A stretch of 64,000 nucleotides of DNA from Ptychomitrium polyphyllum (GCA_973851085.1 OZ316775.1:13826001-13890000), one strand, 5' to 3'; shown: positions 1 through 13,654, counted from the stretch's first letter. Notes: a model not told the origin generated them from the sequence alone. Numbers and translations: made by a program.

Positions 1-515
1 GAGCTACGGTGTTGTTTCTCTTGATCGCGTTTAGCTTTCCTTGCATTCATCTCAAGTTGGGTTTGGCCACTCCGCAAGCTATGCATTTTGGAGTTGTTCT
101 GCAACGAAGCATGCGCACATGCGATAAGAGGCGAATGCGGAGGGTGGTGATGAAGGTGCCGATTTGGGCAAACCTAATTCCTCGTTCAAGTGTCTATCCA
201 TGTCACATCTCACCGGTTCGGCAGGCAAATCCCTTGTCCACGAGCTTCCACACTGCTGCTCTATATGCACATCTTTTGCACCTCAGTCTTATGCTGTGCT
301 GGTTCCAAGCTTCTTGACGGGAGGCCCGCATTGATGTTAGAGATGTGGCTCAAACGTGTTCTTCTTTCAACAAATTGCACGTATCATGGGCGCAACCGCA
401 AGCCCAACTTATTGCAAAGAGGCAAAACACTAGACTTGGATGAAACGGCGGAAGCCATCAAGGACATACTTTTTTGAAACCGTTGGACCTTTTGCAGTTT
501 GAGAGGTGTGGATGG
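1..515. repeat. Left arm (cut by the window edge) of an inverted repeat whose partner is 15882-16396
   Basis: Position 1 pairs with 16396 (gagctacggtgttgtt is the reverse complement of 16381-16396). ORFs in three frames translate identically in the two copies: 190-477+ = 15920-16207-, 79-270- = 16127-16318+, and 9-317+ = the C-terminal part of 16080-16532-. The first mismatch I saw is at ~482, and similarity is lost after ~515. Confidence 0.95.
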
Positions 516-708
516 TGTTTATGTGAGGTTATTTGTGTATAGATGATCGTTTAAGATTTTCATATACCATCTCATAATTAGGTTAATGTTGTAATTTTTT
601 GGTGTTTGATGCATAAATGCGAAGGTGCCTTTTATACAAGTGGACAGTTATTCTCTTTAGTTAATGATAGGTGAAAATTGTTATTTGTGTATATACATGT
701 TCATATGT

Positions 709-1869
709 TGTCGAGCACCTCCTTAAGAAGTGTCCGCATCACTAAGAGCGCAAGGAGGATCCCGAAGTAACATCCGAGCCTTGTGTCGTCGTTAGTAAGG
801 GGAACCGAGTGGGGCTAGCGTGGGAAGGAACCCGAGGGAGAGAAACATCATTGTCCATGTAGACCAATAGCCTCGTGGGATAAATCGTAGACATTGGAGG
901 AATCACGTAGAGCTGATTCTAGAATGCTAATGATTGCTCAAATCGAACAATGGAACTAAAAGATACGGCATCCTAAAGTTGGGATTGCCAAGGGGCTGTT
1001 CTGGACTATGGCAGCCCTACACAGTAACTGTACTGGAGTGGGACAGTCCAGTGAGGGACTCTTTAGGAGTCCCAAACCTTGGGAGAGGCATATCTCCCAG
1101 AATACTAACTCAAATTGGACGTTTCAGGAATCTATTGGCATCTACGCAAAGAGTAGATGAGAATAGAGTGGTCGCTTGATACATTCAAGCTCCGGACGTG
1201 GATGATAGGGCTCCTTGAAGATTCGTAGGGAGTTTTGGATCCTTCCAGCGACTAAGTTCCAAAGGAGATTGGATGGTCTTCTAAACTTTGGGTGTGTCGG
1301 AGTTCAGCTAGCTAAAGACGGTTAGGGGGCCTGCCAAATCCCACTGAGAGTACTATAGGGGAGGACTGGTCCTCCTCTCTACCTCCTAGTGTCTTGATAG
1401 GAACCAAGGGTGAGTCTCGGTTTGTGGAGCTAGTATTGGAGCTTCACCACAGGGACTCCAACACCATTGTGAGCCGGTTGATGGCCGATTTTACGGAGGA
1501 AACCAGCACGTTTAAAACGGTACGCTTGTTACCACTAAGTTGGGGTGGTGTCTTCACGCCGGCACCATGATGGCCCAGGGTGATCTTAGGATTGCATGGA
1601 GATCATGAGTTGTGGTGAGGAGACACCACTAAGTGCGGTTAGGCCGTGTGGAATGGAAGTAACACCAAGTGAGGCCTTGGACATGAATGGAAGTCCGCAC
1701 CTAACCATTGACTACCAATCAATTGGGTGTCCTAAGAGAAATGGTAAAGGTAATTGGAAACCAAACTTGGGACTTAGAGAGTGAAAATGGAAGTTAAGCA
1801 TGTGCATGTGGGGGTGTACAGGGTTGACGCGCGTGACATTTGTTAAGGTGCATTATGAGGGTTGCGACA
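709..1869 (+). mobile_element. Solo LTR, Ty3/gypsy family A (~1.16 kb)
   Basis: Starts TGTCG and ends GCGACA. Flanked by a 5-bp TSD, tatgt (704-708) / tacgt (1870-1874), differing by one C>T. Colinear with the 5' LTR at 41832-42959, which is followed by a tRNA-Met primer-binding site (PBS). Confidence 0.92.
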
Positions 1870-1874
1870 TACGT

Positions 1875-3780
1875 ATTCAAATATTGGAAAATAATTTCAT
1901 TTAACTTTATAAGTTTATCATATTGTTTCGTGTATATGTTGATTTTAAAATTGAAAGGATTGATACTAAGCAATACAAATACATCCTTGTAGTTCTGCAA
2001 GAGTATAGAACATATTGTAGTTATTCAAAATATATATATTGAAAAAGTTAGGCAATTATTTTATAAAATTGGAACTTATTAGTTATTAACAAGTGTTTCT
2101 AGTGAATGTTGCATTATTCAATAAGAAATTGTTTATTAAGAGGCATGATTTGGTTGTTGCTGTGGTAAATTCAAGAAACTTATTCTATTGAATTCATCAA
2201 TCATTTTGAACAACTTGTGTGATTTGTTGACTTGAAATTGGAGACATAAACATGTATATAATTTTCTTACTAATGGATGATCATTATAGTTGAATATCCA
2301 TGATGCTAGAAGATATTAAGTATTTGATTGTGTTAAGAATAGTGGATAGTGTTTACAATTTATTTGTAGGCTCAAAGATCATTTGTTAAAAAATGCACAT
2401 ATTGTGTTATAAATTGAATGATGTTTATTTAAATTGAAGAATTATATAATGACATGCACCAAATTTGCAAATATATTGATAGACACCAAATTTGCAAATA
2501 TATTGATGGAGACCAAATAATCTTAGGAGAAAGCAAGATTGTATACTTTTATATGAAAGCTTTGTTATTTAACTTGATTATTGGAATTGAATGCTTTTTC
2601 TATTTCTCATATTATTTTAATTGCAAATCAATAAATTTAATATTCTTACTTGGAAATAGCAAGTATATTTTGGATTTTATAAAGTAAAGTCTTTTATAAC
2701 ATTGTGTTTATTTAAATAGCATATTAGATTTTAAATATTAGATGATGCTAAAACCTTATTTGAATGGATGTTTGTTTGAGATGATTTCACCATAGGTTTT
2801 TTTATCTTTAATTATGCTTGTGTTGGCTTGTAAATAGACAATCAACTAATAAAAAGCCCTATTTGGCACTTGTAAGTGTGGAAGTTTGCATTTTGAGCTT
2901 CCTTCAATTTAAAAGATCATCATTATTTAGCAAGTTTAGATGGCCATGCTTTGAATTAACAAATTTATAAAACCATCATTTATTTGATTTAATTTAGATT
3001 CCTATAAAATACTTTAATATATGTGGTATTTGAATCTATCTACTAAGGTATTTAATAGCGAAGTGAGAGGGACTAAGTGGGGCTAAGAGATACTTCTTTA
3101 ATTCTTGTAGTTGGAAAATAAAGAATATTCTTTATGAAATTAGAACCTCATTGTAAAGTGACAAGCTAATATAAGTGCCAAAAATGATTATATGGTGAAT
3201 TTTTAAATTAGAATGAGACATCTTCTTTTTATTATAGAATGACAAATTGTTTTTTCTTAAGATTATTATGTATTGCTTTGTAGTGACTTATGCATTAAAG
3301 ATTGATTAATTGAAAGTTGATGTATGTATGGCATTTAAAAAAAAAATGATTATGAAAGGTACATGCTAATACATGTTAATAAGTCCTTGTCAGTCTTAGT
3401 AGCATCTATTCCTATACATTATTATACTTATTGTTGTGATTGCCCGCTCTATCTTTGTTTTTTAATATTCAATATAATTCAATTTACATGTAATTTCTTT
3501 AATAAGGTCTTTGAAGAAGTTGGAATTCTATCAATTATAATATTGCAAGTTGCTAAATTGTTTTCAAAATTGGGAAGAGCAATTATTAATGATAATAATG
3601 CTCAAATTAGTCCTTCATTCCATGGATGCAATTAAAGTCCTTTTTCATGAATAGAGTATCAAAAGAACTATCTTAATTATATTTTAATGCATTCTTCACT
3701 AGCATGATTCTTAACTTATTCAAGTAAAAGAATAGTTAGCCCATCATTGGAAGTCATTCTATTCCTCTAAATACAAGCAC
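1875..3780. mobile_element. Very AT-rich, degenerate transposon-like remnant (family not assignable)
   Basis: CpG-depleted AT-rich sequence with no intact ORF. It contains a short tandem duplication (caccaaatttgcaaatatattgat twice, ~2457-2507). The call rests on composition only. Confidence 0.3.
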
Positions 3781-5183
3781 TTTCAAACATACCCAAAACG
3801 TCAAAAGTGCGTATAACTCATCATTAGCTGTTGCATGCACGAGCCAATAAAAACTCTCTCGTCCTCTCAAAGAAGTCCACTGCAGACCTCAGATAAACTC
3901 GCCGACGTGGACGCATCCCGAAGCAGAGAACCCGGTAGCGCTTCCTGGATGCTCACCTAAAGCCGCTACAGTATCCCACACCGGTACATCGCATCAAAAT
4001 CCTAGATTTGAGGTCGAAAGTGTACAAACAGGGAAGATAAAGGTGATGTAAGTGGCGCCCAAGGATGCTGGCCTCACCAGGCCCAGACGCCTAGACCAGG
4101 TTTCGCAATCTGCGGAATCATCAAGCAACTACAAAGCCTTCAGCCTTGAGCCCACACTGGACTTGTTTTGCTGGAGCACGCGATTCGGATTGTTGATTGG
4201 TGCCTACGGTACGCTTATTTCAGTTCGTGAGTCTTTGTTCAGGTTTACAAACATGTTTTTGTTCGTTTTTGAGTATGATGATCGATGTTTTGGATGAGTG
4301 GATTGAGTGATTCACATGATTCGGTGAGGCTTGAGTTCGTTTTGAGTTTTGGTTTGGTTACTTTCGGGTGGTTTGCTGGTTAGCTTTTGTCCCAGTCTTT
4401 TGTGGTATCATTGGTAAGAGTTTAGCGGGGTTGTCGTTAAGAAGTAGATAACCAACGAGACGCTGGAGGGTTGAGTAACAAAAATCCAGCTTTGTACTTG
4501 TTTGTTGATCAGAGGGCTCCAATCGAGCAGTAGGGTTATAAGTTCTAACCCTCTGATCAAAACACTGCAGAGCTGCCTTGATATCTTAACATGGCATTAT
4601 CTACATCATAACATTCTCCTCACCCTCTCAAAGGTGTCTTTTTAAGTTATCATTTTGTGTCATAAATTGATGAGGTGAAGGTCGGGCCATGCCTAGACTC
4701 AAACCACTAGTCTTTCTCCTTGACTCGGCCAAACTACTGCCACGAATTAGATGCAATTAATGAAATTCATACTTCTTTTTCCGCACACTAAGGCTCCAGC
4801 TACTGAAGAATATTATGGCGGCTTAACGGAGAGAGAGTGCTTCAGAAGACTTGGAAGATTATAACTTAATATGTGCACGTCGTTCACGAGAAGAAATATT
4901 ATACGAGGGAATTTCGTTTGCTTGATTGTTGTGTGCTTCTGAATCTTTGAGTTAAGGGGCTTTTCCCGAGTTTGAACTTCTTAGAGATAAGTTTGCTCTA
5001 AGCTGAGGATGAATTTTGATTTTCATGATGTTCGTCCTGCACTATTGGTAAACTCCTTAGACCTCATTCATGCTCCTGGAGGTATTTGGAAGGTGTTCAT
5101 CAGCATAGTCTATGGCTTGATACCCTTGCATAATGATGGTGTTCAGGGTTATTACTGGAGTCAACATAGTCGAGTGTTCGACA

Positions 5184-8100
5184 ATGACAAGTGAGCTGGA
5201 TGATGTGGAGGATCTTGATATCATTGTACGTTGTTTCACAACCTTGTCACAGTTTTAAAATCAAGGTAGAGTTTTGGGATCTGATCGTGGAGTTAGGGTG
5301 TTATATGGTAATGCTGAAGGTTTTTGGGTCGACTGGATGTGAGCATTCTGGATTTTGTAGTGCTTGCAGAGTTTGAATGGCGAAGAAGGGGAGCCTTCTC
5401 CTTCTGGATTAGCAACTGAGTTTCTCTGGAAAGGAAACCGCGAATTCCGAAACTCAAGATACAAGGAGGTTAGTTGCTTTGTTTCTACACGTCCTGCCGA
5501 GAACGGCATTGCATCAGAATTTAATAAGCATGTGAAAGAGGAAGGGGTCATGTTTCTTGTGAGAAGTGCGCGTTTTGACATTGACCTGACATGGTTGCAG
5601 GCCATTGCGTATTATACGAAAGCACTCCAGGGAAGCTCTGCAGATCATGGCCTGCTGTATAGTAATCGTTGCGTTGCTTACTGCAGGTCCTTTCTTCCCC
5701 CGCATTCAAAATCTGTTTCCTTGAAGTGGTATTCGTTGATAGGTTTCTGTAGTAGTCTTTTCCGACTATGCTTTTCTCGCAGAAACCACACTTGATCTCT
5801 AGAATGGGAGTCATCAAGTAAGAATGGATTGTCGAAGAGTTTGGTTGTTTTCTCTGCATCGCATCTCCCGACATTAGAACGTTTGTTCTTCACCTTAATT
5901 ATAATGTAGAACATTAGACATGGTTACAAGACCATCAACATTGCGGTTACGACAGATGGATCAACTGAAATGACTTGTGTGCACTTGCTGAGTAGGCTTC
6001 ATCGTCTTCATCAGTGTATGCTTAATGGTTGTATCCTTATGTGCAGGTTGAGTAAATTTTTACGATCAATTCCGGCACGAGTGTCAGAAGAATCTGCTAT
6101 TTACGAGTTGGATCCTATATCACTTGGGCAGGTAGTTTAATGCACACTTAAATTGTTCTTGTACAATACTTGGATCCTGCCAGGATTTTGTTCGTCACTA
6201 GCTAGTTATTTTCGCTATTCCTATGGCCTATGTTCTCGAGAAAAGGTACCCCTCTGTTCATGTGAGTTGGAAGAGTTGTGTTGAAAGAATGTTTTGGAAT
6301 TCTCTCATTTCGTTTCAGCTAGCATTGAGGGATGCAGAGAAGGCAGTGAAGCATCGCAGTCAGAATCCGAAGGCATATTTGCGCAAAGCTACTGCACAAA
6401 CTTTGGTACTTCTTCCTGGGCCCGTTTATCTCAATTCATTCTATTGCTTTCACGTGAATTAATCTTTCCTGATAAACGTGGTTTTGGAAGCCCAGTTTAT
6501 CCAATTTACGAGGCCTTATTAGTCTTTGTAACGTTGAGCACGTACAGTGTGCATTGGTAGGCAACATGCTGTGAATATCTCACTGTTGACAATGTGAGTG
6601 GAATTGTGTCGTCCAGCTAGAGCAGTATGAAGCAGCGGTGGAAACCTACCTTTCTGGATTGGAAACGGATCCCACGAAGTAAGATAACAGGTTCTAACAT
6701 TGTTACTTCAAATGCCTTATTCTACTTCCTCTACTTATCAGTTGTTTTTATTCCGTTACCAAGGATTCCCTCGAAATGGAGCTTGGTTTTAATGCATTGC
6801 TCCGCAACTAGTTGGACTCTGAATTCCAAGTTTTCTCTTTTACTCTCAGATGCTATCGTATGTCGAGCAAGGCAACGATGAACAATTTTCACCTCTGGCT
6901 CACACTCTGTAGAATGTAGATGCTTTTGTATTGGAATGTAATCAAGTGCTCCATACTTCACTGTTGTTTTGCAGCAAAATGCTTCAGGATGGACTGCGCG
7001 AAGTTAAAACTTTAATGGAGGGTGGCGAGCATAGTGATAATAAGCGACGGAAATTCGAACGCTCAGATGATCTAGAGTGCACATTGTGCTTGAAACTGTT
7101 ACATCAGCCAATCACTACACCATGTGGCCATTCGTTCTGTCGCCAGTGTCTCCTTCAGGCTCTTGATCATGGTTAGACGTGTTGCCTGTCTGTTGTCATG
7201 AATTTAGGATTCGATAGTTGCCTACTGCCTTGATTGTTTGTTCTTACTCGGTTTTGTAAGGTAAATTGTCGTCATATTCCTCTCATGCTAGCTGAGTCTA
7301 TTAGTGTGTCCGGTGCGATTTGCGAAGCTGAAACCTAACTTCTTTGAGATCCCAGGTAACAAGTGCCCAATTTGTAGGACAGTGATTTTTGTGAGCTCCA
7401 AGACGTACCCAGTCAGGTATTTGATTAATTCAAATATTTCCTAAAATTCACAAGAATGAGTCTTCTGGAAATAAATGTACTTGTTTGTCTCGGGGTAGCA
7501 TGGGTATTGTTCCTTATGTTTAACACAGAAAATAGGCAAATTTCTAACATCTATTTAAATAAATTTTCAGTGTAACACTCAACAATTTGATCCAACGCAA
7601 TTTTCCGGAAGAGTATGAAGAGAGGAAAGCCGAAATGGATGCTGTCACTCAAGTCGGCGGAGAGACCTTGCCGCTATTTGTGATGAGTGTGGTCCTCCCT
7701 ATGGAGCACATGATTTTGAACATATTTGAACCACGATACAGACTTATGGTGCGCTTATATGCTCTTTTGTTTGCAAACTCTCTTGTCTGAGAGGTTTTTC
7801 CATTTAATGTTTTGATCATCATTATCTTAAAGGATAAATCTGAGACCTTCTGGTGCCGGTAATGGTACAAACTCCTGGTCAGATGTGTGGAAGCCAAGAT
7901 GATTGTGGCATGAAATTACAACAGTTTACGGGTTGGCGATACGTCCACCCTTCAAGGGCAACCCTATTCTTTTAGCTGGTTATCGTATCGTTGATTAAAT
8001 TATGAATTGACGGGAACGTTTAACCTTCATAGCTCATACGAATAACGTCAGTCTAGTAGAATATCCAAGTGCCGTTTACCGGGAGCTTTTGGTAAAGTGC

Positions 8101-10343
8101 CTTACACCAAAATATCTTTGTTAATATGCAGATAAGGCGTGCTGTGGAAGGCAATCATCGTTTTGGAATGGTGAGTACGTTGAGGTTACACTATTGCAGA
8201 GGCATGAGTATTTTATTTTGGGTTTTGAAAACCTTTGTCGGAAGCGAGTACATGCGAAATAGCACGTGCACTTTTGAATGACTCAATTTTCTAGTGTCAG
8301 TAACGCACAGCATTGTTGCATTGGACGTCGTGAGATGTGGTGTTGACAACTAGAACTGGTTGGCAGGTGCATATTGATGAATCTGGTTCTTTGGCTGAGG
8401 TGGCGTGCGAAGTTGAAATCATAGAGTGAGTTACACATTGTCAAATCTCCAGTTTGATCTACTTTGTCCTTCTTGTATTTTGGAGTTTAATATCTGTTCT
8501 TGGTGCAGGTGTGAACCTATTCCTGATGGGCGATTTCATATCGAGGTCGGTACATTTTCCTTTTGGATGACGGTTTGATTTCCTTGACTGAAGCTAGTAT
8601 CCGCATTTGATGGTCTGGTCCTCAAAAACTTTTGGATACTTGACGCTGGCTTGTTGTTGTTTTATTGATTCATAAGAAAACTTCATTTGTTTAGCATCTG
8701 GTGTGACTTGAATATCTCTTTCAACAGCAGGTTGTTGGGAAGCGTAGATGTCGTATGACGGAGACCTGGGAGCAAGACGGGTGAGCTTCCAGGACTCTGC
8801 TTCCAAGTGAATTTTATAACAGTAACAGATCTTCTTTGTTTTGAGGAATTAATCAATAAACTGTCTCAAGAGAGCTGAAGTTGAAGTAGAGGACTGCATA
8901 ATTTTTAGTTTTTAATCCTATGAGTAGTAAATCACGTTGTACAGACGCCGTTCTACATTGTATGCTCTTTTCTCTCCGTGGTTTTTGTAGGTTCTAATGT
9001 GCACCCGATCGAACAGGTACCGTGTTGCAAGGGTGCAATGGATACATGATACCGTCCATCCAGATGGTTCTCCGGATAAAGAGCAGGTGTCTCTCTTACG
9101 GATTTTTTTGCTTTCATATGGTCTTGAATTTAAACTTGACTAAGCTAGGTTGTGACGATCTCACCTAAATATATTGCGTGGTTATTTTCGTAGCTCTTCC
9201 GTTCGTACCTTCAATCTATTTGCAAGTCCTTTATCTTGATAAGTGCTTCTTTCATGCCAGCTTGACAGAAGTGTTCAGACAGCAGCTGACCTAGTAAATG
9301 CCTTCGTCAGCCGTGCCCGGGAAATTGCTCGTTCAGGCAACCTGACTCCGCACCTCTCATTTGTGTTTATAAAAAATATTTATAGACCGCAGAGGATACG
9401 CCCCTCTGAGTATTTGGTACTATCAACATCGATGATGAGTCTTATTGCAAATCCTTAACGTGCTTTTGTGGGGTTGGTGACATTGGCAGATCAACGCCTA
9501 CTTGAGTTGTTGAATCGTACAGAAGGAATGCCTAGTGTTAGAGATCCTGAGCGCTTCAGCTTTTGGGTATGCAGCTTGCTCAAATTTGCACCAGCACACT
9601 AGTCTTAAGCTTACGTTTGCAAAATGCTCATTTACTTTGACTGGCACAAGTATGAAAGTTAAAAACTTGTTTTTCAACACAGTAGTTTCTCCATACTTCA
9701 CGTTGCACATTGCATCACTGTTGCACAGATTAGTTTTAAAATTTCTTCACAGGGATTTACGTTATTTTAGCTATTAAAAGACGGTAATTATTTAGATGTG
9801 GTGTTGAAAATTTTAAGGTCAGTTTCAATTGTCTTTCTTTATGCAACAAAATTGTCTTGCATCTTTGAATTTCCATGCAGGTTGCGAATCTTCTGCACAC
9901 ATCAACAATGGAGCGACTGCAGTATCTGCGTATGACTGACACTCGAGAGGTGATTTTGTCTGACTTTTAATCTTGTTACGAAACTGAATTGTTGAAGTCT
10001 TTATTAATATTATCGAATTATGGCTTTAAGTAAAGATGCATTGTGTAACATTGTTTCAGTGGTTTCTTCCATTTTGTAATTGAGGTACCGGGACTAATAA
10101 TATAATTGAATCTCTCAAATTCTGGAAGTCATGCTGCCCAGCGTTTAGGATACCTCTTACCAAAAATTTCATGCAGGTACACACTTAACGTGCACAGAAT
10201 GCAAGTCATTTCGGTAAAAAGTTGTGTTTACACCAATTACATTACCTGACCTTGTGTCCCTTGAAACTTGTTGGTTGTGTGTGCAGCGGCTCTCACGGAT
10301 GCGAGCAATGTTAGCAGAATCTCACAGCTGCCGCATCCAATGA
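5184..10343 (+). CDS. TPR / C3HC4 RING / LON N-terminal (PUA-like) domain protein, LONRF-like E3 ubiquitin ligase, ~476 aa, 18 coding exons
   Basis: Exons join in frame: 5184-5225, 5370-5468, 5601-5686, 6047-6131, 6319-6405, 6617-6678, 6975-7171, 7356-7416, 7571-7748, 8132-8170, 8367-8425, 8509-8545, 8731-8780, 9017-9086, 9261-9336, 9490-9566, 9881-9949, 10287-10343 (1431 nt). TPR motif [22 protein letters not shown]...[33 protein letters not shown]...[37 protein letters not shown]; ends CRIQ*. A 5' UTR exon near 4030-4208 is likely. Confidence 0.93.
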
Positions 10344-10639
10344 CTATCCGTTTGGAGATTCATATCACCCTACCTTGCTGCAGGAATATACTTATTTATA
10401 GCTTATATAGTCCTCTTTTGATATTGAGTGCTGTTTGGCACCCATTTTAGATCAGTGCCAAGCTAAGAAATTTTCATCTCGTAGGAGTTATCAGTTTTAA
10501 GATGGTATGTATATATGTAAGAATGTCGTCCATAAAATGTAGAGAGATGCATATCTTCAAGTCCTACAATTTTTTGACTCCCTCGTCGCAAAAGTTGGCA
10601 AAAAACCACCTGAATCAACAACTTCTTGCACAAAGTCAG

Positions 10640-11110
10640 GAACGAAGGTTACTGTCTTCTAGGAGTCAATAAATGCAGTAAGGATGTATGTAATTTTCTT
10701 CTTGATAAGTTATGTCAAGTAACTGAAATGGGCGCCGATATCCTCATGAGTTTGACCCACAATCAAGAAGTCAACCGTGACTTCCTTGGGGATACCCGTA
10801 GCAGTTAGCAATGAAGAAAAAGGCCATTCCAAATTGATTCTTGATGTCCTTTGCTGGAATATCCAGTTGCAAGTACAGCTTCTTTAGAAGAGGAACTCGT
10901 GGTCTTCGTGAGCGAGGGATGGGCGTAATGTCTCCTATAGCACTTTGTATAGAGCATCTAGACTTCACATGGAGTGCCTCCAAGAAGTCCTTTTGAGGTG
11001 GAGTAGAAAATAATTCCTTCAATTCTCAAATAGGCAGCACTTTTAAGGCCCGCAGCACACGACACGAAGAAGATCTTGTGAAATTTGAGTCCCAGGCCAT
11101 AGCATAGGTC
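10640..11110 (-). pseudogene. Frameshifted fragment of a DDE/DDD-type transposase (DUF7869-type, Sola-like)
   Basis: The minus strand reads, across frameshifts, W-P-(G)-D-S-N-F-T (11099-11077), LYLQLDIPAKDIKNQF (10878 onward) and VTVDFLIVGQTHEDIGAHFSYL (10780-10715). This resembles the QLDNCxxxNKN...FLxVGHTHEDID motif set. Family assignment is from memory of the motifs, not a search. Confidence 0.6.
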
Positions 11111-12899
11111 TAGAGCATGATGGTGGGATTGAAGAGGACCAGAGAGAATTTGGTATAATCAAGAACGTGGTACTGTAGATCTGAAAAAACTAGATCCAAA
11201 GTGCTGTTGATATGAGAGGGCTGGGGACAAACTCCCTTTGGATCTGGAAATTGCTGCAAGTCTGAGCAAGCTGGGGCAGCGGAAGGATACCAATAACACT
11301 TAGATCAGCACCACAGTCCTTGCCAGAGGCCGACCATTTGTGGCGATCCATAGCAGCTTCGATCCACAACACACATGATAGGCGACTGCAATCAAACCTC
11401 CTGCCACACTCCATCAAAACTCACAACACTTACGATCGGATAGTGATGCCACAAGCTAGCTGCGAATATCACGCATGTACAAGTCCTTCCTTAACCTCAC
11501 TTCCATGTGCTTTTCTTTTTCATTTATCTTATGATGTCAATTTCTCTGATCACATTGATTAGCACATACGTTATAAACCTGTTTGAACCCAATTAGTTAT
11601 AAACAGCCTTCAGATCATCTTTCTCACTTTCTTCCCTAGATCTTCCACTTCCGAAAACACAGCTTCAGATTTAGACCTGAAAACAAATAGAAATGCAACC
11701 CCTAACTTAATGTTCGTAACCCGTTTGCCACACCCTATCAAACCCCTGTACTGGTATCTTGTCTCTACTCACTCTGCTGGAGCTTAAGTACAGACATAGA
11801 ACTTGGAACAAATGATAGAGCCCAAGCTTGTCATAAGAATCCTACTCGAAGCCACTTGAAGCTTGGACAAAGTCATCACCACCGAAGTAGCTGACGATAG
11901 GAGCATCAAATCGGTAAGCTCTCTTACCCCATTCATTGTCACAAACATCAGTTAGAAACTTAAAAACATGCATACCTAGGCAAAGTGATGTTAAAAACAA
12001 ACACATTACAGATATTCAAATGGCTATAGCTTGAGTATGAAACAAACTAACAAAACATGGGAAAACAAACTGATTCACAAGCTTAAACCAAAGAATCACA
12101 GAAGTAAAATTAGTAGAATTAAATTCAAAGAAAAAATGTAAAACACCAATAGCTCTATTCTATCGGAACCCCAAGTTATTTCATTCTTCACCAAGAAGTG
12201 AAGGGAAAAAGAGTGAACCCTCAACTGAAACAAAAAACAAAACTAACCCTAACTCATAATGACACACACTAAGTTATTGGCATTGTTCATTCTGTTGTTT
12301 GGGTTGTTTGGACTTGATTGATTTTACACATATCAAAGCAACCAATCACTTGAGTCCTAGAAACAGTAACACAGCAAAAAAGCTGGCCAAGAATACCTTC
12401 GACAATATGGATCTGGACCAACCCCAGCAATACTCAAAGCGCAGCCAACTTGATGACAAACGGAGCACAAACAAACAGTGCCAACAAGGGCTACTCACTA
12501 TCCAGTCGAGCAATCAATAGCGGCAGCGCAAGCAAGTCAGCCGCAGGAGACACCTACATCCCACAACAGTGAACTCTTAATTCTCGGAAGTGCCTCCAAG
12601 ATTTCGGTACGACTTCTCCGTCATGGAACAGTTTAGTTAAGGGCATTCCTAAATGCCATCGCACTGAACCTGTGGGCTCAGTGGCTCCTGGCTGCCTCCA
12701 GACTAAGACTGAGGAAATGTTCCTCTTAGGACACTCGTTCCTAAGAGTCGCTAAGGCTGTGCATGCTTGAATTGCAGCGCCCTCATCATATCAAGCAAAG
12801 CAAATTGTTACCTTTCATGTTCCGGCCAACCATGAGCTTATGAAGGTAGCGCTGCACCAACAGAGGAGCTCAGAGCAATTGCCTCAAGCCTGTGCTTCA

Positions 12900-13340
12900 T
12901 CACTTTCTACCAAAAGAGGTGGTGCCTGTCTTCGTGTAGGTACAGTTGATTCCTTCTAAGCTTCCAAAAGTAAGACATGGAAAACAAAATGCACCTTCAT
13001 TGATGCTGGTAACTCCAACCAAAAAGCCATGTGGTTGATTTGCTTTTGGATTATACATGGCCCCAAGTTCTCTCGATTGCTGCAGCTTCTAAAGAAATTC
13101 ATCTTTTCTTTATTTGACAAGCTCATTAACAACAACATCAATAGGAAGTTAGGAAGTTCAAAGCCTACATAGAGAGCTGGATTCTTAATGTTTTGAAGTT
13201 TCAAAAGTATGTATACTTCTTACATCAAGAATTGAAGTCTAAGGTGTTCTTGCTCCTACACATCAACAAGAAGGTTATTGTAATTGAGCCCTTTCATAAG
13301 AAATACGTAGTCTTTGGACTTCAACCTATTTAGGCCAAGA
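12900..13340 (-). mobile_element. Degenerate Ty3/gypsy integrase C-terminal fragment
   Basis: ORF 12956-13204 ends LELPASMKVHFVFHVLLLEA, the xHPVFHVSLLxP motif also seen at 40193- (IHLVFHVLLLE) and near 45890+ (VHPTFHVSLLKP). Confidence 0.7.
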
Positions 13341-13654
13341 ATTTGGACTTTGACCATATCCACTCCATTATAGTGAAGATTGGAGATGATGTCAGTTAGT
13401 TTGATTTTGCCGACTTTCTAAATGGCCTTATTGGAATGTCTAGAAGTATTCATTTCTAATGCTAAAAAAACATTTTTTTGGAATAACTTGTTTAGAAAGT
13501 CAATATATTGGAAATTAAATGAAATCTTCCAAAACTTATCTTAGTACGTTATTAGTACTATACTTATTCTTGTATCGCTTCTAAGCAAGTGGTCCAAGTA
13601 GATTGGCTACTTGCTTGGAAGCAATACCTGGACAACAGTGCAAATCTTTATGTG

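Noticed and set aside
9..477. ORFs, or a Pol III RNA ending at the T-run (~470), within the inverted repeat
   Set aside because: The peptides have no recognisable features. I found no USE/TATA or A/B boxes and no match to tRNA, 7SL, U snRNA or MRP motifs that I know.
934..1784. Short ORFs recurring in family-A LTRs (also 42133-42327, 48025-48228)
   Set aside because: Starts, stops and frames differ between LTR copies, so the recurrence reflects the repeat and not coding constraint.
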